From positions 1 through 42,556 of the forward strand of contig SLQE01000063.1 of assembly GCA_007131635.1 (NCBI GenBank): a stretch of 42,556 bases of DNA, read 5' to 3'. The notes under the pieces are model-generated. The model saw nothing but the letters and a program-made list of their open reading frames with translations, was not told where the DNA came from and ran no database searches. The stretch's first letter is position 1; the number at the start of each line of letters is the position of its first letter. Positions 9,551 through 19,400 of the stretch are shown here, piece after piece. Source of the DNA: Bacteroidota bacterium (GTDB lineage: Bacteria; Bacteroidota; Ignavibacteria; T3Sed10-11). The position numbers and the translations under genes were made by a program.

Positions 9551-12500
9551 ATGGTTTTTATAATACGTTTACTGTGCAGTCTTCTCCCGGTGTTTATCCT
9601 TATAATGCCGATTACACTCTTTTCACAATGGGGTTTCCCGGAAAATCCAAAAGACGGCTGGTATACAATCGAAACCGACAACTTTTATGTGCACTACCAT
9701 GACGGTGCTGAACGCACCGGCCAACTTGCCGCAAAGATAGCGGAAGATGTTTATCTGCCGATCACATCACTTTACCGATACGAACCGTTTTCAAAAACAC
9801 ATATTGTCGTTCGCGACCATGGGGATTTTTCAAACGGCGCCGCCTTTTTCTATGACAACAAAATCGAAATATGGGCAAGTGCGTTGGATTTTGATATGCG
9901 CGGCACGAACAACTGGCTTAGAAATGTCATCGCACACGAGTTTACGCACATCGTGCAGATACAGGCATCGATGAAATTCGGTCGCAGAATCCCTGCGTTC
10001 TACATACAATGGATGGGGTATGAGGACGAACGGCGACCGGACGTTCTTTATGGATTTCCCAATATATTAGTTTCTTATCCTGTGTCCGGATTTATAGCGC
10101 CGAGCTGGTTTGCCGAAGGAACAGCGCAATTTATGCATCCCGGACTAGCATATGACTCGTGGGACTCACATCGTGACATGATACTGCGAATGTATGCTCT
10201 CGACGATAATATGCTGACATGGAACGAGATGTCGGTATTCGGAAAGACAAGCCTCGGTAACGAATCGGCTTACAATGCAGGATACTCGCTCGTGAAATAT
10301 ATAGCGACTGTATACGGTAAAGACGCACTGAGAAAAATATCGGAAGAGCTGGCATCGTTCAGTGTCGTTACTATAGATCAGGCATTCCGCCGGACACTGG
10401 GGATATCCGGAGGTAGAATTTATAACGATTGGCGAAATGCAGTGAAGAGTGATTACCATATCCGTACTGCATCGATACAAGAGAATAAAATCCGGGGAGA
10501 GTCGATCGAGGAGGAAGGGTTCGGTAATTTTAATCCGATGCATTCACCGGACGGTAAATATATAGCGTATGTATCAAATAAGGGGAGTGATTATTTCGGT
10601 CTTTCATCACTTTATGTCCGTAACCGCATAACGGGTGAGACCAAACGAATTGCTCCTAATGTCAGATCGCGAATCAGCTGGTCGCCGGAAAGCGATAAAA
10701 TATATTTCTCCCGTATTACCCGGAAAAATCCTCACTGGCAGGGATTCAGTGATCTTTTCGTTGTTGATGTTGAATCCCGTAATGTAGCCCGGCTCACGAA
10801 CGGATTACGGCTCCACGATCCCGATATTTCCCCCGACGGGAAGACTATAGCGGCTGTTATCGGATCAGACGGAACACAGAATCTTGTCTTGTACGACATC
10901 GCAGATGAGCGAATTACCTATATCACAGATCATAAGCACGGGGAGCAGGTGTATGCTCCCAGATGGTCGGTTTCCGGCGATGAAATTATATTTGCGACAT
11001 CCGAGGGGTTCAATCGTAGAATTATTGAATACTCATTTATCTCAAAAGACTTTTCTTATATCGTTGGCGGCGGGAATTTTGATGCCCGCGATCCCTCATA
11101 TTCTCCGGATGGGATATACATATATTATGCGTCCGAAAAGACCGGAATATATAATATATACAGATTTAATCGTATAAATCATGCGGATGAACGGGTTACT
11201 AATGTACTCGGCGGTGCATTTATGCCCTCGGTTAGTGAAAATATACTGGTTTATGCAGGATATGAGTCCACAGGGTATAAATTGTTTCAAATCAATGAGT
11301 TAAAAGCGGTTAATGAAAGTAAAAAGTATATAGCCGGGTCGCCTTCCTGGTTCGACGATGAGCTTCATACCGCATATAATCCCGGTATGGATGACGAGGA
11401 GATCAACTGGAATCGCATTCGAAATTACGATGACAGGGAGATACCCGGATACCCTTCCGATAACTATTCTTCCGTATTTACAAATACAATGCTCGTACCG
11501 CTTGTCAGGTTCGATAATTACATCCCTGAGAGGGGTTTTGCCGATATGATTAAACCCGGATTATATCTTATGACCCGGGATATCCTGGAGCATCACGCGT
11601 TGTTCGCGGGAGCAACTATTAACAGGAAGCTGGAGCGTGATCTATTCGGGATCTTTGAATGGAATCGCGGGCTGCCGCCTTTTTCACTATTTGGTTGGTA
11701 TCCAAGAATTTCCTTTGAGGTATATAACATAACCCGAAAAACCGATGCACGTATAGAACTGCGCGAAGACCTGAATATTGACGTCGATGTGACGTATAAT
11801 CTAACCGAGTTTAACGTAATCCTGAAAGACCATATATTTAATACTTTTAATGAGCTGGAGATATTCTATCGACATAGCCGGTATGGATACGATGTAAGCA
11901 GTTTCTTTATACCGGAAACAAACCGGCTTGTCGGTGCGTTCGGGGAGCTCTACCTGGTTGGAAATACCCTGCAGGCTCAGTTTACGCATCGAGGTATTAT
12001 TCCGACTATACAAACCGAGATCAACCCGGTCGGAAGATTCGTTCAATTAAAGTACGGTTATGAGTTTAATAAATTTAATCCGCAACTGGAATACAATGAA
12101 TCGGAAAATATCCTTTTTACCAGTTATGACAGACCGAGCTTTCACCGGGTCGAGGGAGAATGGCGGGAGCATCGGCGATTATCCCGGTACCATACTATTA
12201 GTGCCCGGCTTCGCGGCGGATCGATAATCGGTGAACAGGTTGACGATTTCTTTAATTTTTATATCGGCGGTTTAATGGGTATGCAGGGTTATCCGTTTTA
12301 TTCTCTTGGCGGAAACGAATACGGTGCTTTAAACGTAACATACAGATTTCCGCTATGGGAGGGAATAGGTTTTAGGATCGCACACGTACAATTTGAACGG
12401 TTATACGGATCCGTCTTTGCCGATGTAGGAGATGCGTGGACGGGTTCGTTCCCCGGTGTCGACGAATTGAAAAAAAATGCCGGGATCGAACTGCGGCTTG

Positions 12501-12676
12501 AATCTTTTTCGTTTTATTCATATCCCACACGAATATTTTTTAGCGCTGCGTATGGTTTCGACGAATTTACCCGGGTATTCAGGAATGAGCCGGTGACATA
12601 CGGAAAACAGTGGAATTTTTATTTTGGAATTCTTTTTGGATTTGATCTGGGAACGGGATCCTTATGGAAAAAATGA
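9551..12676 (+). CDS. Outer-membrane fusion protein: MA-clan (gluzincin-like) HExxH peptidase-like domain, TolB-like PD40 beta-propeller repeats, and an Omp85/surface-antigen-type beta-barrel
   Basis: Has a signal peptide. HEFTH is followed by WFAEGTAQF, matching the Peptidase_MA-like HExxH...EGxA pattern. Repeated PD40 signatures are present: HSPDGKYIAYVS, WSPESDKIYFS, ISPDGKTIAAV, WSVSGDEIIF, YSPDGIYIYYAS. The C-terminal about 400 aa has Omp85-barrel-like motifs (FYIGGLMGMQGYPFYSLGG, GSVFADVGDAW, AGIELRLE). The start codon lies 1 nt after the upstream stop. Confidence 0.7.
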   Translation: MVFIIRLLCSLLPVFILIMPITLFSQWGFPENPKDGWYTIETDNFYVHYHDGAERTGQLAAKIAEDVYLPITSLYRYEPFSKTHIVVRDHGDFSNGAAFFYDNKIEIWASALDFDMRGTNNWLRNVIAHEFTHIVQIQASMKFGRRIPAFYIQWMGYEDERRPDVLYGFPNILVSYPVSGFIAPSWFAEGTAQFMHPGLAYDSWDSHRDMILRMYALDDNMLTWNEMSVFGKTSLGNESAYNAGYSLVKYIATVYGKDALRKISEELASFSVVTIDQAFRRTLGISGGRIYNDWRNAVKSDYHIRTASIQENKIRGESIEEEGFGNFNPMHSPDGKYIAYVSNKGSDYFGLSSLYVRNRITGETKRIAPNVRSRISWSPESDKIYFSRITRKNPHWQGFSDLFVVDVESRNVARLTNGLRLHDPDISPDGKTIAAVIGSDGTQNLVLYDIADERITYITDHKHGEQVYAPRWSVSGDEIIFATSEGFNRRIIEYSFISKDFSYIVGGGNFDARDPSYSPDGIYIYYASEKTGIYNIYRFNRINHADERVTNVLGGAFMPSVSENILVYAGYESTGYKLFQINELKAVNESKKYIAGSPSWFDDELHTAYNPGMDDEEINWNRIRNYDDREIPGYPSDNYSSVFTNTMLVPLVRFDNYIPERGFADMIKPGLYLMTRDILEHHALFAGATINRKLERDLFGIFEWNRGLPPFSLFGWYPRISFEVYNITRKTDARIELREDLNIDVDVTYNLTEFNVILKDHIFNTFNELEIFYRHSRYGYDVSSFFIPETNRLVGAFGELYLVGNTLQAQFTHRGIIPTIQTEINPVGRFVQLKYGYEFNKFNPQLEYNESENILFTSYDRPSFHRVEGEWREHRRLSRYHTISARLRGGSIIGEQVDDFFNFYIGGLMGMQGYPFYSLGGNEYGALNVTYRFPLWEGIGFRIAHVQFERLYGSVFADVGDAWTGSFPGVDELKKNAGIELRLESFSFYSYPTRIFFSAAYGFDEFTRVFRNEPVTYGKQWNFYFGILFGFDLGTGSLWKK

Positions 12677-13572
12677 AATATATATTAATTATGTTATTGC
12701 TGCCCGCTGTTTCAATTGCGGCAGACCCGCCATGGCAGACAAACCCTGTTTACCAATCGGTGTTCGACCGGAATGTTTTACAGTATCACTCCGGTACATT
12801 TTCTGAAACGATCAATATAATTGATGATAGCTATTCAGAAAAAAATATACAAAAGAAATCACCGCTGTTGGCCGGAATTATGTCAGCTGCCGTTCCGGGA
12901 GTAGGGGAGATCTATGCCGGTTCATGGTGGCGCGGTCTCCTGCATGTAGGAATCGAAATAGGGAGCTGGGTGGCATATTTTCATTACGATGCAAAGGGAG
13001 ATGACCAGACGGCTTTATTCGAGACATATGCTAACCAACACTGGGATGTAACCAGGTACGTACAATGGTTGAACGTTTACTGGGGAGGCAGTATACACGT
13101 AAATCCAAATCATAATTTACCGCCCTGGGAACGTGTCGATTGGCAGCAAATAAATGAGTTTGAACGTACCATCTCGCAGTTCTCACACCGGCTGGAACCG
13201 TTCGGGACGCAGCAATATTATGAACTTATCGGAAAATACCCGCAATATAATCGCGGCTGGGAAGATTCACACCCGATCGGAAATTTTGAACCTGTCGAGA
13301 ATCAAATACGTGCCGAGCAGGACGCGTATTTTGATGATATAAGCGATATGTTTTCATTGTATTCGGGTAAACGCGGATATGCGAACACCCTATATGCCCG
13401 CGCGCACAATGCCGTCCTCGTGGTGTTTTTAAATCACTTTATCAGTGCGTTCCATGCTGCTTTCCTCGCGCATTCATACAACCAGGCTCATATTGCCGTC
13501 GATATCGAAAACCGCAAGGATCTTTACGGTGAACGATTTGTTCCGACGATGCGGTTGCAGGTAGAGTTTTAA
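12664..13572 (+). CDS. Hypothetical envelope protein, DUF5683-like
   Basis: Signal peptide reads MKYILIMLLLPAVSIAA. The hydrophobic motif SPLLAGIMSAAVPGVGEIYAGSWW resembles the DUF5683 signature (xSAxxPGxGQxY) as I recall it. A second hydrophobic helix lies near the C-terminus. The start overlaps the upstream stop (ATGGAAAAAATGA), which suggests translational coupling. Confidence 0.5.
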   Translation: MEKMKYILIMLLLPAVSIAADPPWQTNPVYQSVFDRNVLQYHSGTFSETINIIDDSYSEKNIQKKSPLLAGIMSAAVPGVGEIYAGSWWRGLLHVGIEIGSWVAYFHYDAKGDDQTALFETYANQHWDVTRYVQWLNVYWGGSIHVNPNHNLPPWERVDWQQINEFERTISQFSHRLEPFGTQQYYELIGKYPQYNRGWEDSHPIGNFEPVENQIRAEQDAYFDDISDMFSLYSGKRGYANTLYARAHNAVLVVFLNHFISAFHAAFLAHSYNQAHIAVDIENRKDLYGERFVPTMRLQVEF

Positions 13573-13674
13573 CAGCAGGCAACCACGCTCATCGGTTTTA
13601 CCGGAAGTATCCGTTTTGTGTAAATTCTAAGAATTGCCGTCGTTTGTGAATGGTTTTGCATGTTTCCGCCTTCA

Positions 13675-14763
13675 TCATTTCCGGACCCGCAATAAATTTA
13701 ACACTCCCACTCCGAAGAAAATAATATTCGGAAGCCATGCCATAAATAAGGTGTTATAATTGCCGCTTTGACCGAGTGTTTCGCTCATTGCCATCGATGC
13801 TATGTAGAGAAACGTAATGAGTACACCGACTGCAAATTGGAGTGCAAGACCTCCGCGTCGCTTCTCCGAAGAAAACGGGACTCCGAAAAGAATGACGACG
13901 AGACTCGCGAACGGGAAAGCTATTTTCCCATAGTAATCAACCTCCCATCGGGCAGTCTGTTGGCCCGCCCGCCTCTGGGATTGTATAAAATCACGGAGTT
14001 CAAAATAATCCATTTCATCCGGCTGTAGTTGTTTTCTTGCTATATCGTCCGGATTAAAAAAAAGTTTTCCCATCGGAAGTCGATCAAAAGAAGTGAGAGT
14101 TTCCGCGTCGTTTTTGAATTCACGCATCACTCCCCGGTGTAAAGTCCAGATTTTATCCTCAGGAATCCACTCCATTCTTCCTGCATCGTACCTGCGTTCG
14201 AGCACGGTGAAGTTTGTATCTGAAAATTCCTGAATACTGACCCGGGACACGGTGTTGGTAGTTTCGTCAAAAAAACCGAGTGAGAGAAAACGAACCGGAC
14301 TATCCTGGATGAAAATATTGTAACGTGCAAAGTCGGATCTGCCGCCTTTTGCGAGGTGTTCCCGCTCGATTTGATATTTTTCTTTATTTGCCGTCGGGAC
14401 AATCCACCCGTTAAAATATATCGAGGCGCAGGTAACGAATACTCCGATGGCGAGAAACGGGAGCATGAACCGGTATAAACTGACACCGCTTGCTTTTAGT
14501 GCGACAAGTTCGTTTTGATTGGAAAGCTTTCCCGTTGTAAATAAACTTGATAGCAGCATCGCGACCGGTATCATTGATTTGATCATTTCGGGTATAAAAA
14601 AGATATAGTATTGTATCACTATACCGACCGGGGCTTTTCGATCGATAAAATCGTCTACATTCTCCATCAGATCGATGATAATGAAGACCATAATGATTGC
14701 AATCAGTGCAAAGTTGAAGTGTGAAATGAATTGTTTGATTATGTAGCGATCAATCAATTTCAT
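13675..14763 (-). CDS. LptF/LptG-family LPS export permease (second gene of the pair, LptG-like by order)
   Basis: N-terminus MKLIDRYIIKQF... followed by a TM helix is the YjgP/YjgQ family hallmark. There are three N-terminal TM helices, a periplasmic beta-rich insert and three C-terminal TM helices. The ATG overlaps the upstream stop by 1 nt (TAATG). Confidence 0.85.
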   Translation of the reverse strand: MKLIDRYIIKQFISHFNFALIAIIMVFIIIDLMENVDDFIDRKAPVGIVIQYYIFFIPEMIKSMIPVAMLLSSLFTTGKLSNQNELVALKASGVSLYRFMLPFLAIGVFVTCASIYFNGWIVPTANKEKYQIEREHLAKGGRSDFARYNIFIQDSPVRFLSLGFFDETTNTVSRVSIQEFSDTNFTVLERRYDAGRMEWIPEDKIWTLHRGVMREFKNDAETLTSFDRLPMGKLFFNPDDIARKQLQPDEMDYFELRDFIQSQRRAGQQTARWEVDYYGKIAFPFASLVVILFGVPFSSEKRRGGLALQFAVGVLITFLYIASMAMSETLGQSGNYNTLFMAWLPNIIFFGVGVLNLLRVRK

Positions 14764-16175
14764 TATTGATCACCATGCACATCATTTTTGAGGGTTTCGA
14801 TACGGAATCTTTTCGGGACGATCGTTTTCAGTTTATTCCAATTTATGAGTAAACGTTCTTTTTGAGTACGGATTGTTAAATAGATACCGGCGGGGAAGAG
14901 GAGTATATTTGCACCCCACATACCGATAAATGGTGAGATGAATCCCCGATCGGCGAGTTTTTCTCCGCCGATCAGAAACGACCAGTACAGTAGGAAGAAT
15001 CCCATGCTGATACCGGTGGCGACACCAAAACCGCCTTTTCTGGTCATAATACCGAGCGGTGCGCCTATTAATATGAAAATAACACATGCTATGGGGATAG
15101 CATATTTTTTGTGTACTTCAACCATATATTGATCGATACGGCGTTCGTTGCTGCGCATCCTTCTCAGGTCGGAATCGACCGAGGATGAGAGCGCCCGTGC
15201 ACGCGCAAGCGCGAATTGAATTTTCGCACGGTCCGGATCAACTTCATAGGCCGGCAGTGTTGGGGGAAAATGTCTGAATTCGCCATACAGGAAGGACCTG
15301 TTATAAGTATCGATTGTATTAATAACTGAAATAGATGTCCGGTAATTATGAGCTCTCAGGCTATCGGCGCGTTCAAGCATAACCTGAGCACTCAATTCGC
15401 GGTCACCGCGCTGGAAAACATTGTCAGCCGTGCGTTCGAAATCGTATCCCTCATAAGGTATAAGAATTCGATGCCTGTTGAATTTAACACGTCGGTACTC
15501 ATTATTGTTTGTTTCAGTCGATATTTCGTGGATTTCGCCTTGATAAAGGTCAAGAATAAGATTTGAAAAATCAGGTCCGTATGCGATAAATCCCCTGTCA
15601 GCTGATATAAGAACATTGCTGTTCGGATCGCTATGATCGTAAATGGTCAATCCTTCGAGTTCATTGGTTTCTTCATAATTTTTTCTTGCTATTATCGTAT
15701 AACCTTTAATCTCTTGTGAGAAGATCCCCGGTTCAAGTGAAAGCGTCGGTCGTGCCCTCCGTATATCAATACCCAGTGTTTTCGCGCGGTGATTCGCATC
15801 CGGGAGCACTCTGTTGTTGAACTCCATTAAACCATACGCGAGCAGTAACGATACGATCAACGGCGCAGTTATCATTCGATAAACCGATAAACCGCTGGAT
15901 TTCATAACGGTTATTTCGTTATTGGCCGACATGCTGCCATAAGCCATTAATGTCGCTATGAGCACCGACATCGGTATAGCCAACACAAGCATCCAGGCGA
16001 GATTCATTATAATTACTTCAATCACAATGCCGATGCCAAATCCTTTTCCGACCAGATGATCGATGAATTTCATTAAAAACTGCAAAATAAAAATGCCGAT
16101 CAGTACGAATAAAGACATGAAAAAGGGGGCTATATGCGCTCTCAATATGTATCGATCAATTATCATTTTATTCAA
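14763..16175 (-). CDS. LptF/LptG-family LPS export permease (first gene of the pair, LptF-like by order) with an enlarged periplasmic domain
   Basis: N-terminus (MNK)MIIDRYILRAHIAPFF shows the same YjgP/YjgQ architecture. At 470 aa it is longer than the E. coli paralogues, owing to a longer central soluble region. It is translationally coupled to the downstream paralogue. Confidence 0.85.
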   Translation of the reverse strand: MNKMIIDRYILRAHIAPFFMSLFVLIGIFILQFLMKFIDHLVGKGFGIGIVIEVIIMNLAWMLVLAIPMSVLIATLMAYGSMSANNEITVMKSSGLSVYRMITAPLIVSLLLAYGLMEFNNRVLPDANHRAKTLGIDIRRARPTLSLEPGIFSQEIKGYTIIARKNYEETNELEGLTIYDHSDPNSNVLISADRGFIAYGPDFSNLILDLYQGEIHEISTETNNNEYRRVKFNRHRILIPYEGYDFERTADNVFQRGDRELSAQVMLERADSLRAHNYRTSISVINTIDTYNRSFLYGEFRHFPPTLPAYEVDPDRAKIQFALARARALSSSVDSDLRRMRSNERRIDQYMVEVHKKYAIPIACVIFILIGAPLGIMTRKGGFGVATGISMGFFLLYWSFLIGGEKLADRGFISPFIGMWGANILLFPAGIYLTIRTQKERLLINWNKLKTIVPKRFRIETLKNDVHGDQ

Positions 16176-16455
16176 TATACCAATATTCCATTAATCTCAC
16201 AATCACAAAATTTGTACAAGCAGAAAATCAGATTTAGTATTGCAATTAAGTTGCATTTTTCCTAATTTATTTGATTATAGACACCGGATTACACAAATAT
16301 TTTAAGGGTGACTCCACGGAAGATTGGTATAGATTAAAGAATGAATAACGAATTCCGATCCGGATTAACCGGACGGTTAAGTTAGTAAACGATTGATTGC
16401 AGTACGAGCAGTGGAAAATTCCAAGGGATCACTCTCTAAATATTTACGCCTTATT

Positions 16456-19400
16456 ATGAGTCCGGCCTTCGGAACTCCCCTCGTACTACTTTGTCTATTT
16501 CTCCTTCCCGGGACCCTTACTACCAAAGCAAACAATTCTTTCTTTATCAGGGTTTCTGAAAACGATTCTGTAACACAGGATACCCTCGGCGTCATATATG
16601 AAGATATCGACAGGCGTCCTTCGCGTTTTCGCGGCCGGAGAATCGGTGAAGTCCGTCGACCCGGTGAAAGCGTTACCGATTTTGAAACCGATACAACTCT
16701 GACCCGTGAGGAACTTCAGGAACGACTGCTTGCTCCGACAGATTCAACGGCACGTATAAAGCATTTTACCTATCGCAGAAAAGATGCACCATTTGCATCT
16801 TTATTATCGCAACCACGCCGGCATGCCCTTTTTCTGGAGAACAGAAATCGCGTATACAATAAATCCGTTGCGTTAGACTCGCTGGGAAGATCGGTTACTG
16901 TACGCGAGACTGTTAACGGTGAAGATATAAAAATACCGGTTTCCCTCTCTCTTGACGATTACATTCAGCAGCGAGCTATGACTATCAGACGGGAAGGCTG
17001 GGTACGACTTGCACAGAATTACCGGCTTGAAGAACAGGAGGACCGACAGGCAGACCTGGAAGATTTTCTGCGAGGTATTACGACTATCGATATACCCATT
17101 CCCCCAAATCCGCTGTTAAATATTTTTGGAAGACCCGGCATCCGTCTGAATATCTCCGGCGCGGTGGATATCCGGGCAGGATTTCGAAGACAGGCCGCAG
17201 ATCAGACATCTTTATCCAGATTAGACCAAACACGCAACGAACCGGATTTCAAACAGGATGTACAGATAAACGTAAGCGGACTGGTGGGTGATAAACTCAA
17301 CATCCTCGCGGATTGGAACACGCAACGAACATTCGAATTTGAGAATCAGCTCAACATCCGATATGACGGTTACGAAGATGAAATAATTCAAAGGATCGAA
17401 GCCGGTAACGTATCACTACAAACACCGACGCAGTTTATAGGCAGTAGTCAGGCGTTATTCGGCATCAAATCGTTTATGCAATTCGGTCCTATGAAATTAA
17501 CCGCCATTGCATCACAGCAAAAAGGACGATCTGAAGAATTGACACTCTCCGGTGGAGCGCAGGAACAAACGTTCGAGATACGGCCTTATGACTATGCCAG
17601 AAATCACTTTTTTATCGATGAAGAGTATATCGATGAATACGAACCGGCGATGGCGCTTGAACCCCGGTATAATCCGCAATTAGAAATAACAGATATCGAA
17701 GTTTGGGTTACGCGAAGCGGTATCGTAACCGATGTTGACGAGCGCCCCGTTACCGCTCACATTAATCTGCCACGGTTGCCACCCGGTGGCTATGATGACG
17801 GAGAATGGCGCGACATTACCACCGGTATTTCCGGGGAGCTTGAGATAGGTCAGTTTGTTTTATTGCGACAGGGTGAAGATTATAATATAGGTTCCAGAAC
17901 CGGACGCCTCACCTTATTAAAACAAATTGCGAACGATCAGGCTGTTGCGGTAGCCTACAGACGAGCAGACGGTTCGGTGTTCGGAGATTTTATCGCAACC
18001 GTAGATGATGATTCGAGCCGGATGGTTTTAAAACTTGTTCGTCCGCGTAATCTCATACCGCAATACAGCGATGCCTGGAAATTACAACTCAGAAATATCT
18101 ATTCGATCGGCGGTAGAAATTTACAACGGGAAGGATTTGAATTACGTGTCGAATACGATACGCCGGGTCAGGAACCGGCCGATCAGCTTGACGGACAACC
18201 GTTACTGCAGGTCCTGGGGTTAGACGAAACCGATGACTCGGGGTCACCCACTCCCGATAACAGGTTTGACTGGCGACCCGGTGTCACCATCGATCCAACA
18301 CGTGGAGAATTGATTTTCCCATCGTTACGTCCCTTTGATTTAAAATTGGCAGCGGCCGGTCTTGATGATTATCGTTATCCCGAAATATATGATACTACCG
18401 TAGCGGCTGCACGTAATCGCACCGATAAAGATAGATTTCGTATACGCGGTCAATACTCGTCAACCGTAGCTTCTTCGTACAATCTCGGGTTCAATGTCGT
18501 TGAGGGGAGTGTGACCGTATTTCATGGAGGTACACGACTCCAGGAAGGGGTTGATTACAGCGTTGATTATATGCTCGGTCAAATCACTATTCGTAATGAA
18601 GCCGCGTTACAACCCGGCGCGGATCTTCGTATAACATACGAACAAAATGAACTTTTTCAGATTGCATCGAAAACGCTTCTCGGTATGCGTGGCGAAATGC
18701 CGTTTGGACAATACTCGGATCTTAATTTTACAATCATGAGTTTACGCGAAGAAACTCTTGCAGATAAAGTACGGGTCGGTGAAGAGCCGATCAGCAATAT
18801 GATTCTCGGGTTCGATGGGAGAACACGGATTCCGATTAACTTCGTGACGGATGCAATGAACCGGCTTCCTTTCTATAATTCACTGGCGGAATCCAATCTG
18901 CAGCTGAGCGGTGAGGCTGCTTATATCAACCCGAATCGTAATACCAAGCGATCAAATGTAGAAATCGATGAGGGGAAAGGTGTTGCTTATATCGACGATT
19001 TTGAAGGTTCCAGACGTAGTGTCCCGATCGGAATTTCTTTCGGAAGCTGGAAATATACCAGTCCTCCGGTTCGTACTGCACATCTCGGGGAATTAGCTCC
19101 GGAAATAATGGCTGAGTATAAGGCGAAAGCATTCTGGTACAATGCGTTGTATAACGACGAAGTAACACTTGTCAGCGACATCTGGCCGGAACGGCAGGTG
19201 CAACGGGGTGATGAACGTGTCCGTGTGTTGCAGGTTCAGTATCATCCGCGTCAAAGAGCAGAATATAATTACTCCTGGGATCTCATGGAGACCGTCTATA
19301 ATTCCCCTCATAATTCCTGGGGAGGTATGATGCGGGCGTTAACGGGATCCACGAATAATCTCATAAACGAAAATTTAAACTTTATCGAGTTCTGGGCTCG

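Noticed and set aside
9247-9681. 144-aa minus-strand ORF spanning the junction between the 1024-aa and 1041-aa genes
   Set aside because: It is antisense to two long, motif-supported plus-strand genes (a T9SS CTD on one side, a signal peptide on the other). It has no recognisable motif and no room for a promoter or RBS. It is a typical shadow ORF.
13573-13674. Possible bidirectional terminator between the convergent DUF5683-like gene and the downstream LptG-like gene
   Set aside because: I could find only very weak 4-bp stems (e.g. CGGTtttACCG), with no convincing hairpin plus T-tract.
16393-16455. TTG-initiated 21-codon N-terminal extension of SprA given by the ORF track
   Set aside because: The extension (MIAVRAVENSKGSLSKYLRLI) precedes a textbook signal peptide that starts at ATG 16456. 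An N-terminal extension would bury the signal peptide, so the downstream ATG is preferred.
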